From contig JACRDL010000065.1 of NCBI GenBank assembly GCA_016218625.1, positions 1,521-65,520 on the forward strand: a stretch of 64,000 nucleotides of DNA. The letters run 5' to 3'. This DNA comes from Elusimicrobiota bacterium. Its GTDB lineage: Bacteria > Elusimicrobiota > UBA8919. Every line of letters begins with the position of its first letter. Positions within the stretch are counted from its first letter, which is position 1. The notes under the pieces are model-generated. The model was not told the DNA's origin, searched no databases, and saw only the letters and a program-made list of their open reading frames with translations. A program made the translations under genes and the position numbers. Below, one piece after another: positions 1-8,781 of this stretch.

Positions 1-1086
1 AGAAAGATGGGCAAACCTTTCGTCGGAAGATAGGTCTTTTACTATTTCCGAATTTTTAATTTTCATATCGCAGCCGACGGTCGGACACAATTCATTTATT
101 CCTGTAATACCGCGGGCAACTGATGGCGAAAATTTTCCGGTCTCGCCGCGAACGCACAAAAGCCCTTTTTCAACTTTTGCGATTTCCACAAATACGCTTA
201 AAATTTTATCAAGCAAAACGGATACCTCAAGAATGCCGGCAAGGTCGCCGGATGCCTTGTGAAGGGCATAAAGGTCGTTTCTCATCATCTCCAGATGTTT
301 TACCGTTTTTCTAAATTCCTCTTCTTTATCCACTGACTTTATCACTTCAAGACCTACGCCCATAGCCGGACATATAACATTATAATCGCACCAGTTGCAA
401 AAAGGATTAGGCATCGGCTTAAATTCCTTGTCGGATTTAATAGTATCCGCAAGTTGTATAATTTTTTTCTCGGTCTGAGAGATATTTTCATCGTTTTTTA
501 TCAGCGTCATTTTTTGGTCAAAATTGAGGAAATAAAATGAAAGTTTGTTCGCGATAAATTTATATTTTTTTGAGAAAGCCAACTGGTAAATCGCAAGTTG
601 TAAATCATTTTCCATATCTTCCTGCCGAGGAAGATTCCTGTTTGTTTTGTAATCAATAATTTCGTAACCCTCGTCTGTTTTATCTATCCTGTCAATTCTC
701 CCGGCAAGAATATTATCTCCTACGGAAATCCTGAAAAAGTCCTCAAGGTAAAGCGGCTTTATTTTTATGTCGGCAGTATTATAAAATTTTTCCAAGACAG
801 AAAGCGCCTGGCTTTTCCAGTCGGCCTCTTCTTCCTTTGATGCATAACCCTTTGAAACCCAGCTCTGCCTTAACAAATTCTGAAGAGTATCTGGGGTTCT
901 TTTTAAAAAATCATCTATCTTAAAAAACTTTGCCAATGCCTGATGGACACTGTCCCCGAAAGAAAAATAAGACCTCTCCTGACGGTAAAGCGTGCCGAGA
1001 CCGTCTATAAAATGAAATTTATATTTTAACGGACACTGCTGATAGGTTGATAGATGGGTATAACTTATGTAAAGCGGATTCGCCAT
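1..1086 (-). CDS. Partial CDS that runs off the window's left edge. N-terminal RecB/Cas4-like PD-(D/E)XK nuclease (COG2887-like) followed by a GAF-like C-terminal region with no intervening stop.
   Basis: Hand translation of the minus strand from the ATG at 1084-1086 gives MANPLYISYTHLSTYQQCPLKY...GRIDRID...EIIDYKT...QLAIYQL...CNWCDYNVICP. These are nuclease motifs II and III, a QxxxY motif and a C-terminal Cys triad. The same frame then continues without a stop to position 1 (…MMRNDLYALHKASGDLAGILEVSVLLDKIL…), which looks GAF-like. The ORF track does not list it because no stop lies inside the window. Confidence 0.5.
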   Translation of the reverse strand, partial: MANPLYISYTHLSTYQQCPLKYKFHFIDGLGTLYRQERSYFSFGDSVHQALAKFFKIDDFLKRTPDTLQNLLRQSWVSKGYASKEEEADWKSQALSVLEKFYNTADIKIKPLYLEDFFRISVGDNILAGRIDRIDKTDEGYEIIDYKTNRNLPRQEDMENDLQLAIYQLAFSKKYKFIANKLSFYFLNFDQKMTLIKNDENISQTEKKIIQLADTIKSDKEFKPMPNPFCNWCDYNVICPAMGVGLEVIKSVDKEEEFRKTVKHLEMMRNDLYALHKASGDLAGILEVSVLLDKILSVFVEIAKVEKGLLCVRGETGKFSPSVARGITGINELCPTVGCDMKIKNSEIVKDLSSDERFAHLS

Positions 1087-1112
1087 TTTTATGTTTTTTC
1101 ACCATCCTAATA

Positions 1113-1228
1113 TCAGAGCGAAGCAAGAAATTTCTGCAGGTTTTGAATTTGCGACCTATACCCTACAGGAGCAAATTCTTTGAGCGACTACAAAGGAGCG
1201 ACCAAAGAAATTTGCTTGCGAGCGACCA
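1113..1228. repeat. Repeat family C copy (…agagcgaagcaagaaattt … aaatttgcttgcgagcgac)
   Basis: Copies at 55588-55760, 59684-59797 and 60203-60284. All end about 1-2 bp from a minus-strand stop codon. Confidence 0.8.
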
Positions 1229-1792
1229 TTATTCGTTTAGCTTAAAATCACTTGTAACTTCGGAAAGTTTATTTTTTATTTCGGCAAGGCGATTTTTCAA
1301 ATCCTCTTGATTTGATGATTTTGCGATGCTGTCAAGTTCGCAGGATATGTCAGCAATTATAATTCTATCTTTTTTCACATAACTTTTTATCGCGTTTGAC
1401 ATGTCCTCTACTTCTAATGCTAAGTCTTTTAATTCGTCGCCGCGCCGAAGAGAAATATGTCCGCCGATATGTCCGCCCTTTATCATGGCAATAATTTTTT
1501 CAAGGGCATAAATCGGACCTATTATTTTATGAAATCTTATCAAACTCTGAATACCGATGACAACCAGCAAAATCAAAACTATCCATCCGAAAGGCGACAT
1601 CATTGCCGATTGCACCGCGCGGATTTCCGATTCATTAACTAAATTTTCAAGCGCATCGGTGGTATAAATTGTTCTTCTCATTACAACAAGGATGCAAACC
1701 GATGTAATGACAACGGTTAAAAGTGCATAAACAACATACTTAAATAAAAGTTTCGGCTTTACAAAAAATGATTTTCTTAAAAGGTAAAACAT
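1229..1792 (-). CDS. Membrane protein with two TM helices and a HAMP-like linker
   Basis: 187 aa with hydrophobic N-terminal segments followed by an amphipathic helical region (GPIYALEKIIAMIKGGHIGGHISLRRGDELKDLALEVEDMSNAIKSY), typical of a HAMP domain. Confidence 0.4.
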   Translation of the reverse strand: MFYLLRKSFFVKPKLLFKYVVYALLTVVITSVCILVVMRRTIYTTDALENLVNESEIRAVQSAMMSPFGWIVLILLVVIGIQSLIRFHKIIGPIYALEKIIAMIKGGHIGGHISLRRGDELKDLALEVEDMSNAIKSYVKKDRIIIADISCELDSIAKSSNQEDLKNRLAEIKNKLSEVTSDFKLNE

Positions 1793-1879
1793 AAAAACCT
1801 CCTTAACTACGATTCAAACGGATAAAAGCGCGGATGCAAACGGATTTCTATCTGTCTGAATCTGGCTTTTCATCTGTCT

Positions 1880-2749
1880 TCATCGTTTTACTATTATATT
1901 ATCAATAAGACGGGTTTTGCCCACGATTACAGCAACTGCTATCACAACTTTTTTTTTGATATATTTTATTTCTTCAAGCGTTTCGGCATCATGAATATCT
2001 ATGTAGTCAATTTTATCAACTTTCGGCGAAATTATTTTTCTCATTTCGGAAATTATTTTTTCCGCCGATTTTATATTTTTATATTTTATTAAATTTTTGG
2101 CTGTTTGTAAAGAGCGGGAAAGCGATAACGCATTTTTTCTTTCGGTAAATGATAAATAAACATTTCTGCTTGAAAGTGCCAGACCGTCTTTTTCGCGAAC
2201 TATTGGTGATGAGATAATTTTTACAGGAAAATTGAGATCTGTTACCATTTTTTTAACAATAACCGACTGTTGGAAATCCTTTAATCCGAAATATGCTCTG
2301 TCCGGTTGAACAATATTAAAAAGTTTAGCGACAATAGTTGCAACCCCTCTGAAATGTCCGTGACGAAATTTACCGCACATAATATCTGAAAGTTTTTCAA
2401 CGGTAATATAGGTCAGATAATTTTCAGGATACATTTCTTTTGGCGAGGGGGCAAAAATCACATCTACACCCTCGCTTTTACAGATGCCGACATCTTTCTC
2501 AAAAGGCCGCGGATATTTTTTCAAGTCCTCATTTGGACCGAATTGCGCCGGGTTGACAAAAATGCTTACGGCAACGATGTCGTTTTCTTTTCTTGCACGA
2601 CGGATTAAAGAAATATGACCCTGATGTAATGCACCCATCGTCGGAACAAAACCGATTGATTTTTTTTGTTGCTTAAGTTTTTTTATGATGTTTTGAACCT
2701 GTTCAGATTTTTTTATAACTTTCATCTCACAAGGACTCCATCCGGTCAT
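1880..2749 (-). CDS. panC: Pantoate--beta-alanine ligase
   Basis: Carries the PTMGALHQGHISLI signature of class I aaRS-like PanC. Length is 289 aa. Confidence 0.9.
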   Translation of the reverse strand: MTGWSPCEMKVIKKSEQVQNIIKKLKQQKKSIGFVPTMGALHQGHISLIRRARKENDIVAVSIFVNPAQFGPNEDLKKYPRPFEKDVGICKSEGVDVIFAPSPKEMYPENYLTYITVEKLSDIMCGKFRHGHFRGVATIVAKLFNIVQPDRAYFGLKDFQQSVIVKKMVTDLNFPVKIISSPIVREKDGLALSSRNVYLSFTERKNALSLSRSLQTAKNLIKYKNIKSAEKIISEMRKIISPKVDKIDYIDIHDAETLEEIKYIKKKVVIAVAVIVGKTRLIDNIIVKR

Positions 2750-3657
2750 TTTAAATATTTTACAAAAAATTCGGCGACTCTCCTCTCATATTCAAGCGGA
2801 TTTTTACTGTGTGATTCCATATGGTCGGCACCAGAAACTTCCCAGAATTCCTTGGGCTCACCCGCCATACTATGTAATTTTTTGCCTTCTTCAACCGGAA
2901 TCCTTTCGTCATCTGCGCCGTGAATAAAAAATATGGGTCTCGGAGAGATTTTTTTAACATATCTAACCGCTGAAAAATCATCGGGATTAAATCCGAGCCG
3001 CATTTTAGCAAATAAAAATGTTACCGGGGTTAACGGGTATTTCGGGATTTTGTAAAAAAGTTTCGCATATCTTAAAACAATATAATTGAAACTTGAAAAC
3101 GGTGAGTCAACAACTATCGCAGATATTCTTTCATCCTGTGCGGCGGTTAAAATTGCAACGGATGCACCCATAGATATTCCGTAGACGCCGATTTTTTGCG
3201 AAAATTCCGGTTTTTCTTTTTTGAGATATTCAACCGCGGCTGTTAAATCCAGACCTTCCAATTTTCCTATTGATGAAACACTGCCGCCGCTTGCACCGTG
3301 ATTCCTGAAATCAAAATAGAGGAGATTAAAGCCCTTCTTCAGAAGATATATGGTTGAAGGAAAAATATCGGATTTATTGGCACCCCAGCCGTGACAGATA
3401 ATTATCGTTTTATTAGATTTTTCCGCTATGCGTGAGCGAACGAACCAGCCGGAAATTTTTATTCCGTCGGAAGTTAAAAATTCTATATTTTCAGAATTAA
3501 GATTAAAACTGGCGGGATTTATTTCAAGCGATAATTTAGGAACTTTCAATATCAAAGACGAGGAAAACCATCCCCATATAAAAAAAAATAAAACAAGAAT
3601 GACTATAAAATTAAAAAACACCGGTATTTTAAGAAATAAAATTTCTTTAATTTGCAT
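2746..3657 (-). CDS. Alpha/beta-fold hydrolase
   Basis: Has a GISMGAS nucleophile elbow (GxSxG), an HGxxD-containing C-terminus and an N-terminal TM segment. Confidence 0.7.
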   Translation of the reverse strand: MQIKEILFLKIPVFFNFIVILVLFFFIWGWFSSSLILKVPKLSLEINPASFNLNSENIEFLTSDGIKISGWFVRSRIAEKSNKTIIICHGWGANKSDIFPSTIYLLKKGFNLLYFDFRNHGASGGSVSSIGKLEGLDLTAAVEYLKKEKPEFSQKIGVYGISMGASVAILTAAQDERISAIVVDSPFSSFNYIVLRYAKLFYKIPKYPLTPVTFLFAKMRLGFNPDDFSAVRYVKKISPRPIFFIHGADDERIPVEEGKKLHSMAGEPKEFWEVSGADHMESHSKNPLEYERRVAEFFVKYLK

Positions 3658-3683
3658 TGAGAGTTCTGCATCCTACAAAATGA

Positions 3684-3856
3684 AACCACAGATAAACCCC
3701 CGATGGAATCATTCGGGGGCAGGCTCCGATTTATGCAGAAATGTCATTGCGAAGCCCCGATACAACATCGGGGCTGTGGCAATCTCAAAAACCGAGATTA
3801 CTTCGGGCTTTGCCCTCGTAATGACAGCATTGCTGTCATCTGTGCCCATCTGTGGT
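3684..3856. repeat. Diverged family A-like element that also contains a family-F-type GC hairpin (cccccgatggaatcattcggggg)
   Basis: Shares gtcattgcga…gtggcaatc…accgagatt…cctcgtaatgac with family A. Lies between recA and the hydrolase gene. Confidence 0.7.
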
Positions 3857-3889
3857 TTTATAATTTCATGTGCGCCAAGAAAAAACTTT

Positions 3890-4927
3890 TTAATTCTTTT
3901 TTTCTTTTACTTCTTTTTCGGAGGCGGAAATACCCGCGGCTTTTTCAAGTATCGCTTTTTTAATGTCGTCGGTAATCTTCGGGTTTTCCCTTAAAAACGC
4001 TTTTGAGTTGTCCATTCCCTGCCCAAGTTTTTCACCTTTATAAACGAACCAACTTCCGCTTTTTTCTATAACTGAGTATTCAACACCGGTATCAATGATA
4101 CTTCCCTCCGGCGAAATCCCTTCGCCGAAAATCATTTCAAATTCCGCCTGTTTGAACGGCGGAGCAACTTTATTTTTCACAACTTTAACGCGAACCCTCG
4201 TGCCTATCGCAGCATCACCGTCTTTAATCGTCGTTACTCTTCTTATATCCATTCTGATTGATGCATAAAATTTCAAGGCGAGACCGCCGGTTGTGGTTTC
4301 GGGATTCCCGAACATAACGCCGATTTTTTGTCTGATTTGATTGATAAAAATTATTGTCGTCTTTGATTTTGCGACGATGGCGGTAAGTTTTCTGAGCGCC
4401 TGACTCATAAGCCGCGCCTGAAGACCCATGTGCGAATCGCCCATCTCGCCTTCAATTTCCGCCCTCGGAGTGAGCGCCGCAACGGAATCAATAATAATTA
4501 TGTCAACCGCATTGCTTCGGACAAGTTTTTCCGTAATTTCTAATGACTGCTCACCGGAATCCGGCTGGGAAATTAAAAGTTTATCAATATCAACGCCTAA
4601 TTTCGTCGCATAAACGGGATCCATTGCATGTTCGGCATCAACATATGCACAGGTTCCGCCCAATTTTTGGGCGCTGGAAATTACCTGAAGGCAGAGCGTG
4701 GATTTACCCGAGGATTCCGGACCGTAAATTTCAATGATTCGCCCTTTCGGAATTCCGCCAACACCCAGAGCAACATCAAGCCCGATAATCCCCGTCGGAA
4801 TTGCCTCAACTTTTTGATGCGGGCTTTCGCCGAGCCGCATTATTGCACCTTTACCAAAATCTTTTTCTATCTGTGCAAGTGCCAACTCCAATGCTTTTTC
4901 TTTATCCGATTTTTCCGCCTTTGACAT
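3890..4927 (-). CDS. recA: Recombinase RecA
   Basis: Contains GPESSGKTTL (Walker A) and the conserved RecA core (…[24 protein letters not shown]…). Confidence 0.95.
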   Translation of the reverse strand: MSKAEKSDKEKALELALAQIEKDFGKGAIMRLGESPHQKVEAIPTGIIGLDVALGVGGIPKGRIIEIYGPESSGKSTLCLQVISSAQKLGGTCAYVDAEHAMDPVYATKLGVDIDKLLISQPDSGEQSLEITEKLVRSNAVDIIIIDSVAALTPRAEIEGEMGDSHMGLQARLMSQALRKLTAIVAKSKTTIIFINQIRQKIGVMFGNPETTTGGLALKFYASIRMDIRRVTTIKDGDAAIGTRVRVKVVKNKVAPPFKQAEFEMIFGEGISPEGSIIDTGVEYSVIEKSGSWFVYKGEKLGQGMDNSKAFLRENPKITDDIKKAILEKAAGISASEKEVKEKKN

Positions 4928-4948
4928 AAGACCCCCTTATTTATTTTA

Positions 4949-5093
4949 ACCACAGATTACACAGATTGACACAGATGACAACAAAGTTGTCATTGCGAGG
5001 GCGAAGCCCGTGGCAATCCCATCATTAAAACCGAGATTGCTTCGTTTCACTCGCAATGACGTTTCTTGTGAAAATCTCGTGAAATCTTGTGGT
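4949..5093. repeat. Repeat family A copy. A palindromic core (gtcattgcgagggcgaagcccgtggcaatc…gattgc…ctcgcaatgac) is flanked by [cacagat]n and [atcttgtg]n heptamer arrays.
   Basis: Near-identical copies at 24493-24627 and 30862-30995, and a diverged copy at 3684-3856. All are intergenic. Confidence 0.85.
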
Positions 5094-5150
5094 TCCGTTT
5101 TTTTATTATATCAGATTTTTTATAAAAAACAAGGAAAAATTAAACGCCGC

Positions 5151-6062
5151 TTAGTTTCCAATCTGGATTTTGTATAGACCTAAAAGATTTTTCAGAAGCA
5201 TTACTGTTGTAACCGCTCCGACTCCGCCTGGAACGGGGGTGATATATCCGGCAATATTTACCGCTTCCTCATATACAACATCGCCAACCGTCTTCATTTT
5301 CGGTTTGCCGGTTTTTTCGTCAATCACCGGTTCGCCTTTTTCATCTTTCATCTGTATTCTGTTTATTCCGACATCTATCACAATCGCACCTTCTTTTATC
5401 ATGTTACCCTTTATTAAGCCTGCTTTTCCGACGGCTACAATCAGTATCTCTGCCCGTTTCGTGTGACTTGCCAAATTTTTCGTCGCTATGTGACAGACGG
5501 TAGGCGTTGCCGATTCCAAAAGCGACGATAAAAGCATGAGCGTTACAGGTTTTCCCACTATCTCGCTATGTCCGACTATTACGGCTTCTTTACCTCTGAT
5601 GTTTTCTCCCGTTGATTTTATGCACTCCATAACAGAAAGTGCGGTGCAGGGAGCAACGGGCGGTTTTACATCAGAATATAAAAGTTTGCCGAGGTTTGCA
5701 GGTGAAACGCCTTCTACATCTTTTTGAGATGAGATCGCCATTTGAACTTTTCTTGAATTGATATGGGCTGGTAATGGCATCTGTAAAATCAGCCCTGTTA
5801 CTTTTTCATCTCGGTTTATTTTTTGTATTTCAGCAATCAACGCATCTTCCGTTATACTATTGTCCAATTGGACTAAATTGTATTCAATACCAATATCTTC
5901 GCAAGATGATTTTTGATTTTTTATATAAACTTTACTTGCGGGATTTTCACCGACCTGAACCGCCACAAGCACGGGCTTCTCTTTTATTTTTTCAAGTTCT
6001 GATTTTATCTCTTGTTTTATCGCATCCGCAATTTTGTTTCCGTCAATAACTTTCGCGTTCAC
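5151..6062 (-). CDS. folD: Bifunctional methylene-THF dehydrogenase / methenyl-THF cyclohydrolase
   Basis: Typical FolD N-terminus and length (303 aa), with the GRSxxVG-like NAD(P) motif region (VIVGHSEIVGKPV). Confidence 0.9.
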   Translation of the reverse strand: MNAKVIDGNKIADAIKQEIKSELEKIKEKPVLVAVQVGENPASKVYIKNQKSSCEDIGIEYNLVQLDNSITEDALIAEIQKINRDEKVTGLILQMPLPAHINSRKVQMAISSQKDVEGVSPANLGKLLYSDVKPPVAPCTALSVMECIKSTGENIRGKEAVIVGHSEIVGKPVTLMLLSSLLESATPTVCHIATKNLASHTKRAEILIVAVGKAGLIKGNMIKEGAIVIDVGINRIQMKDEKGEPVIDEKTGKPKMKTVGDVVYEEAVNIAGYITPVPGGVGAVTTVMLLKNLLGLYKIQIGN

Positions 6063-6658
6063 GGTTTTACCTCCGTTTTTTTGATTATTTTTTCTATCTC
6101 CTCAAAAGCATCCTTCATTATGTTTTCATATTTTATTTTTGTTTCTTCCTTAAAATCTGCATCGTCAATAAATTTCAGATTTATATCTATATTGCATTTC
6201 GCCGACTCAATCCCGGACCGCAACATTGATACGCCGCAGGAAACATCGCTTAATAGATTTTTATTGCCTATTTCCGAAAGACGCATCGCAATCGGAATTG
6301 CCTCAACCGATGTCTCAAAAATTTTACGGGGAACCAACATCGCATTTTTTAATGCATCCTGAATCTTTTCTTTGGTTTTTGTTTTATATGCTTCAGAAAG
6401 AGTTGTATAGGCATTTACATCCTCATCTATTAAAATTGAGAGTTGTGAGTTAAGAGTTGCGAGTTTGGTCAAAATATTTTTTATTTCATCCTGATGTGCT
6501 TCATAACCTTTTTTTTCAACCGTAAAATTTGCCGTCATCAAAAGGCAAGAGATACCAGTAGCAGAAACCAAAGCAGCGGCGCTCCCGCCGCCGGGTGCAG
6601 GCAGTTTTGCGGACAAATCGTCCAGATACTTTTTTATTGATGAATTGATATAGTCCAT
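6059..6658 (-). CDS. fchA: Cyclodeaminase/cyclohydrolase family protein, FchA-like methenyl-THF cyclohydrolase
   Basis: PAPGGGSAAALVSATG motif of the FTCD C-terminal-like family. Sits between folD and metF, as in acetogen methyl-branch operons. Confidence 0.7.
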   Translation of the reverse strand: MDYINSSIKKYLDDLSAKLPAPGGGSAAALVSATGISCLLMTANFTVEKKGYEAHQDEIKNILTKLATLNSQLSILIDEDVNAYTTLSEAYKTKTKEKIQDALKNAMLVPRKIFETSVEAIPIAMRLSEIGNKNLLSDVSCGVSMLRSGIESAKCNIDINLKFIDDADFKEETKIKYENIMKDAFEEIEKIIKKTEVKP

Positions 6659-6667
6659 AGTGAACTT

Positions 6668-6701
6668 CCGAACAAGTGTTCGGCATCGAACATTTGTTCG
6701 G
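6668..6701. terminator. Family E double hairpin (ccgaacaagtgttcgg-catcgaacatttgttcgg) between fchA and metF
   Basis: Self-complementary. A sister copy lies at 7592-7624 on the other side of metF. Confidence 0.5.
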
Positions 6702-6704
6702 GTT

Positions 6705-7580
6705 TTACATGCCCGCGAGTTTAAGGATTTTGGGGACCTTATCGTCCCAGCCGAGCGGCATTATGTGGACACCCTGACAGTATGGTTTGAGTTCTTTGAT
6801 GAGTCGTGCAGCAATTTCTATTCCTGTTTGACCTGATTTTGTTTTTTCTTTGTCTTTTTTGAGTTCTTCAATTAAATTGTCCGGGACATAAACACCGGCG
6901 ACATTTTCATTCATATATTTTGCCATTCCGACAGTTTTCAATACAACGATTCCCGCCATAACCGGGACACCAAATTGTTTTGCTTTCTCCATAAACTTCA
7001 CGAATTTTTCTGTTTCATAAACCGCCTGCGTCTGGAAAAACTGTGCGCCCGCTTTTACCTTTTTCTCCATTTTTATAAGTTGCGGCTCAACTGGTTCACT
7101 GCACGGCGAAACTACGGCACCGATTGAAAATTTCGGCGGTTCGCCGTCAAGTTTATTCCCTGCCAAATCCTCGCCGCTTTCAAGTTTTTTTACCGCATGA
7201 ATTAAAGACACTGCATCCAAATCAAAAACCGGTTTTGCCTGCGGATGGTCGCCAAGTTTCGTGTGGTCGCCTGTTAAAAGCAGCAAGTTTTCTATACCGA
7301 ATGCAGCAGCAGATAAAATATCCGATTGAAGTGCAATTCTGTTTCTGTCGCGGCAAACCACCTGATAGACAGGTTCAAGTCCTTTGTCTTTTAAGAAATG
7401 ACAGGTTGCGAGAGAGCCAAACCTCATTACCGACGACTGATTATCAGTAACATTTATAGCATCCACTTTGCCTTTAAGCAATTCTGCCTCGTGTAAGCAT
7501 TTGCTTATATCATATCCCTTTGGCGGACCAATTTCCGAAGTGATAACAAATTTTTTTGGAAACAGTTCAGCCAGTTTCAT
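6705..7580 (-). CDS. metF: Methylenetetrahydrofolate reductase
   Basis: TIM-barrel MTHFR. N-terminal FVITSEIGPPKG is conserved in MetF. 291 aa. Confidence 0.85.
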   Translation of the reverse strand: MKLAELFPKKFVITSEIGPPKGYDISKCLHEAELLKGKVDAINVTDNQSSVMRFGSLATCHFLKDKGLEPVYQVVCRDRNRIALQSDILSAAAFGIENLLLLTGDHTKLGDHPQAKPVFDLDAVSLIHAVKKLESGEDLAGNKLDGEPPKFSIGAVVSPCSEPVEPQLIKMEKKVKAGAQFFQTQAVYETEKFVKFMEKAKQFGVPVMAGIVVLKTVGMAKYMNENVAGVYVPDNLIEELKKDKEKTKSGQTGIEIAARLIKELKPYCQGVHIMPLGWDDKVPKILKLAGM

Positions 7581-7591
7581 AATTATACTAA

Positions 7592-7624
7592 CCGAACAAG
7601 TGTTCGGTGCCGAACACTTGTTCG
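7592..7624. terminator. Family E double hairpin between metF and metV
   Basis: ccgaacaagtgttcggtgccgaacacttgttcg. Confidence 0.5.
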
Positions 7625-7633
7625 CCTCCAGTT

Positions 7634-8305
7634 TTATTTTTCTTGTTCTACATCGTAAAACATTGATTTCCGTAATTCTGTCTTTGGAAACATTTTTGAA
7701 TAGTCGCGAAGTTTTGTAAATTTTTGCAGATTTTCAAGTTTATTTAATTTTTTAAGACGGTTGTAAATTTTTTCCCAGCCGCAGTCAAGTTCTTTGTCTA
7801 TTTCACATTTCCCGTTTTTTGCACCGCCGCAGGAACCGTTCAGTAAAGATTTTGAACAGTTTGTTATCGGACAAATTCCGCCTGTCAAATCCAGAACGCA
7901 CTCGCCGCATTCGGCACAGCGCTCTTGCGACGGCCATGTCCCCTGAAATCCGCCGAGATAAATCGTATTGTTCGCGGGATGAACATATTTATCAATTACC
8001 GACGAAACTGCTTGAACGCCGACTCCGCATGTTAATGCAATAATTGAATCTGCAAAATCAATTTTTTCTTTATGTCTTAATATCTTTAGGGAATCCAAAA
8101 GTTTATTACACATAAAATCAACCGTTGTGCAGCCAACAACTTTTATTCCGGATGCTTCCAACTTTTGTTTCAACTCAACACATGCCTTTTCGCCGCCGGT
8201 TTCACAAACCTCAGCACAGCCGTTGCATCCGACGACAAAAACAGTTTTTTCGCCTTCAAGCATTTTTAAGATTTCGTCAATTGGTTTCTGTTGAGAAACA
8301 ATCAT
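7634..8305 (-). CDS. metV: MetV-like protein (MTHFR C-terminal-domain family, Cys-rich)
   Basis: 223 aa with multiple Cys pairs (VGCNGCAEVCE; CPITNCSKSLLNGSCGGAKNGKCE). Lies immediately upstream of metF, as MetV does in acetogens. Confidence 0.6.
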   Translation of the reverse strand: MIVSQQKPIDEILKMLEGEKTVFVVGCNGCAEVCETGGEKACVELKQKLEASGIKVVGCTTVDFMCNKLLDSLKILRHKEKIDFADSIIALTCGVGVQAVSSVIDKYVHPANNTIYLGGFQGTWPSQERCAECGECVLDLTGGICPITNCSKSLLNGSCGGAKNGKCEIDKELDCGWEKIYNRLKKLNKLENLQKFTKLRDYSKMFPKTELRKSMFYDVEQEK

Positions 8306-8781
8306 TGTTTTACCTCACATAGAATAGTTTTTATAATTTCCGGAATTTTATTTCTGATTTCCTCCGAAAGTCCAATCTTCGGCTCAATCTCTTTCGGTTC
8401 AACACCGATAAAAACAATCTCTTTCGGAATAGTGCCAACTTTTTCGGCAATTTTTAATGCATCAATTATATTCAAATCATGTAAAGATGTTTTCTGCATT
8501 TCACTATTTCGAAATTGTGAAATTGTGAAATTGTGAAATTTGTAAATATCGCCATGAACTCCGCCGTTTTTTACAGCGTCAACTATTATTAGTTTGTCAA
8601 CATCCCTTAACGAAAGAATAACATCAAGTGCTGATGTCCCACCATCAATAAATTGGACATTGGACTTCGGACATTGGACTTCGGACAACTCTTTTATTAT
8701 ATGAACCCCAATCCCTTCATCACCCATTAAAATATTTCCGAAACCAACAACCGCAATTTTACAGTGTTCTGTATTTTCCAA
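8302..8781 (-). CDS. [NiFe] hydrogenase maturation endopeptidase (HycI/HyaD family)
   Basis: GDEGIGVHI motif. 159 aa. Sits immediately downstream of the hydrogenase large subunit. Confidence 0.75.
   Translation of the reverse strand: MENTEHCKIAVVGFGNILMGDEGIGVHIIKELSEVQCPKSNVQFIDGGTSALDVILSLRDVDKLIIVDAVKNGGVHGDIYKFHNFTISQFRNSEMQKTSLHDLNIIDALKIAEKVGTIPKEIVFIGVEPKEIEPKIGLSEEIRNKIPEIIKTILCEVKQ
8521..8552. repeat. Intragenic tandem heptamer array (gaaattg x4), in-frame in the hydrogenase maturation protease
   Basis: Encodes …HNFTISQFRNS…. A second array lies at 8655-8690 (ggacattggacttcggacattggacttcggaca). Confidence 0.75.

Noticed and set aside
123-314. Plus-strand 63-aa ORF and the other plus-strand ORFs of 60-190 aa listed throughout the track
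   Set aside because: All overlap well-supported minus-strand genes in antisense. They have low-complexity or repeat-derived sequences and no recognisable motifs, so I treat them as shadow ORFs.
3428-3994. 188-aa plus-strand ORF spanning the hydrolase/recA intergenic region
   Set aside because: It runs antisense through the hydrolase N-terminus, a family A/F repeat and the recA 3' end. Its composition ([11 protein letters not shown]…) is repeat and poly-T derived.
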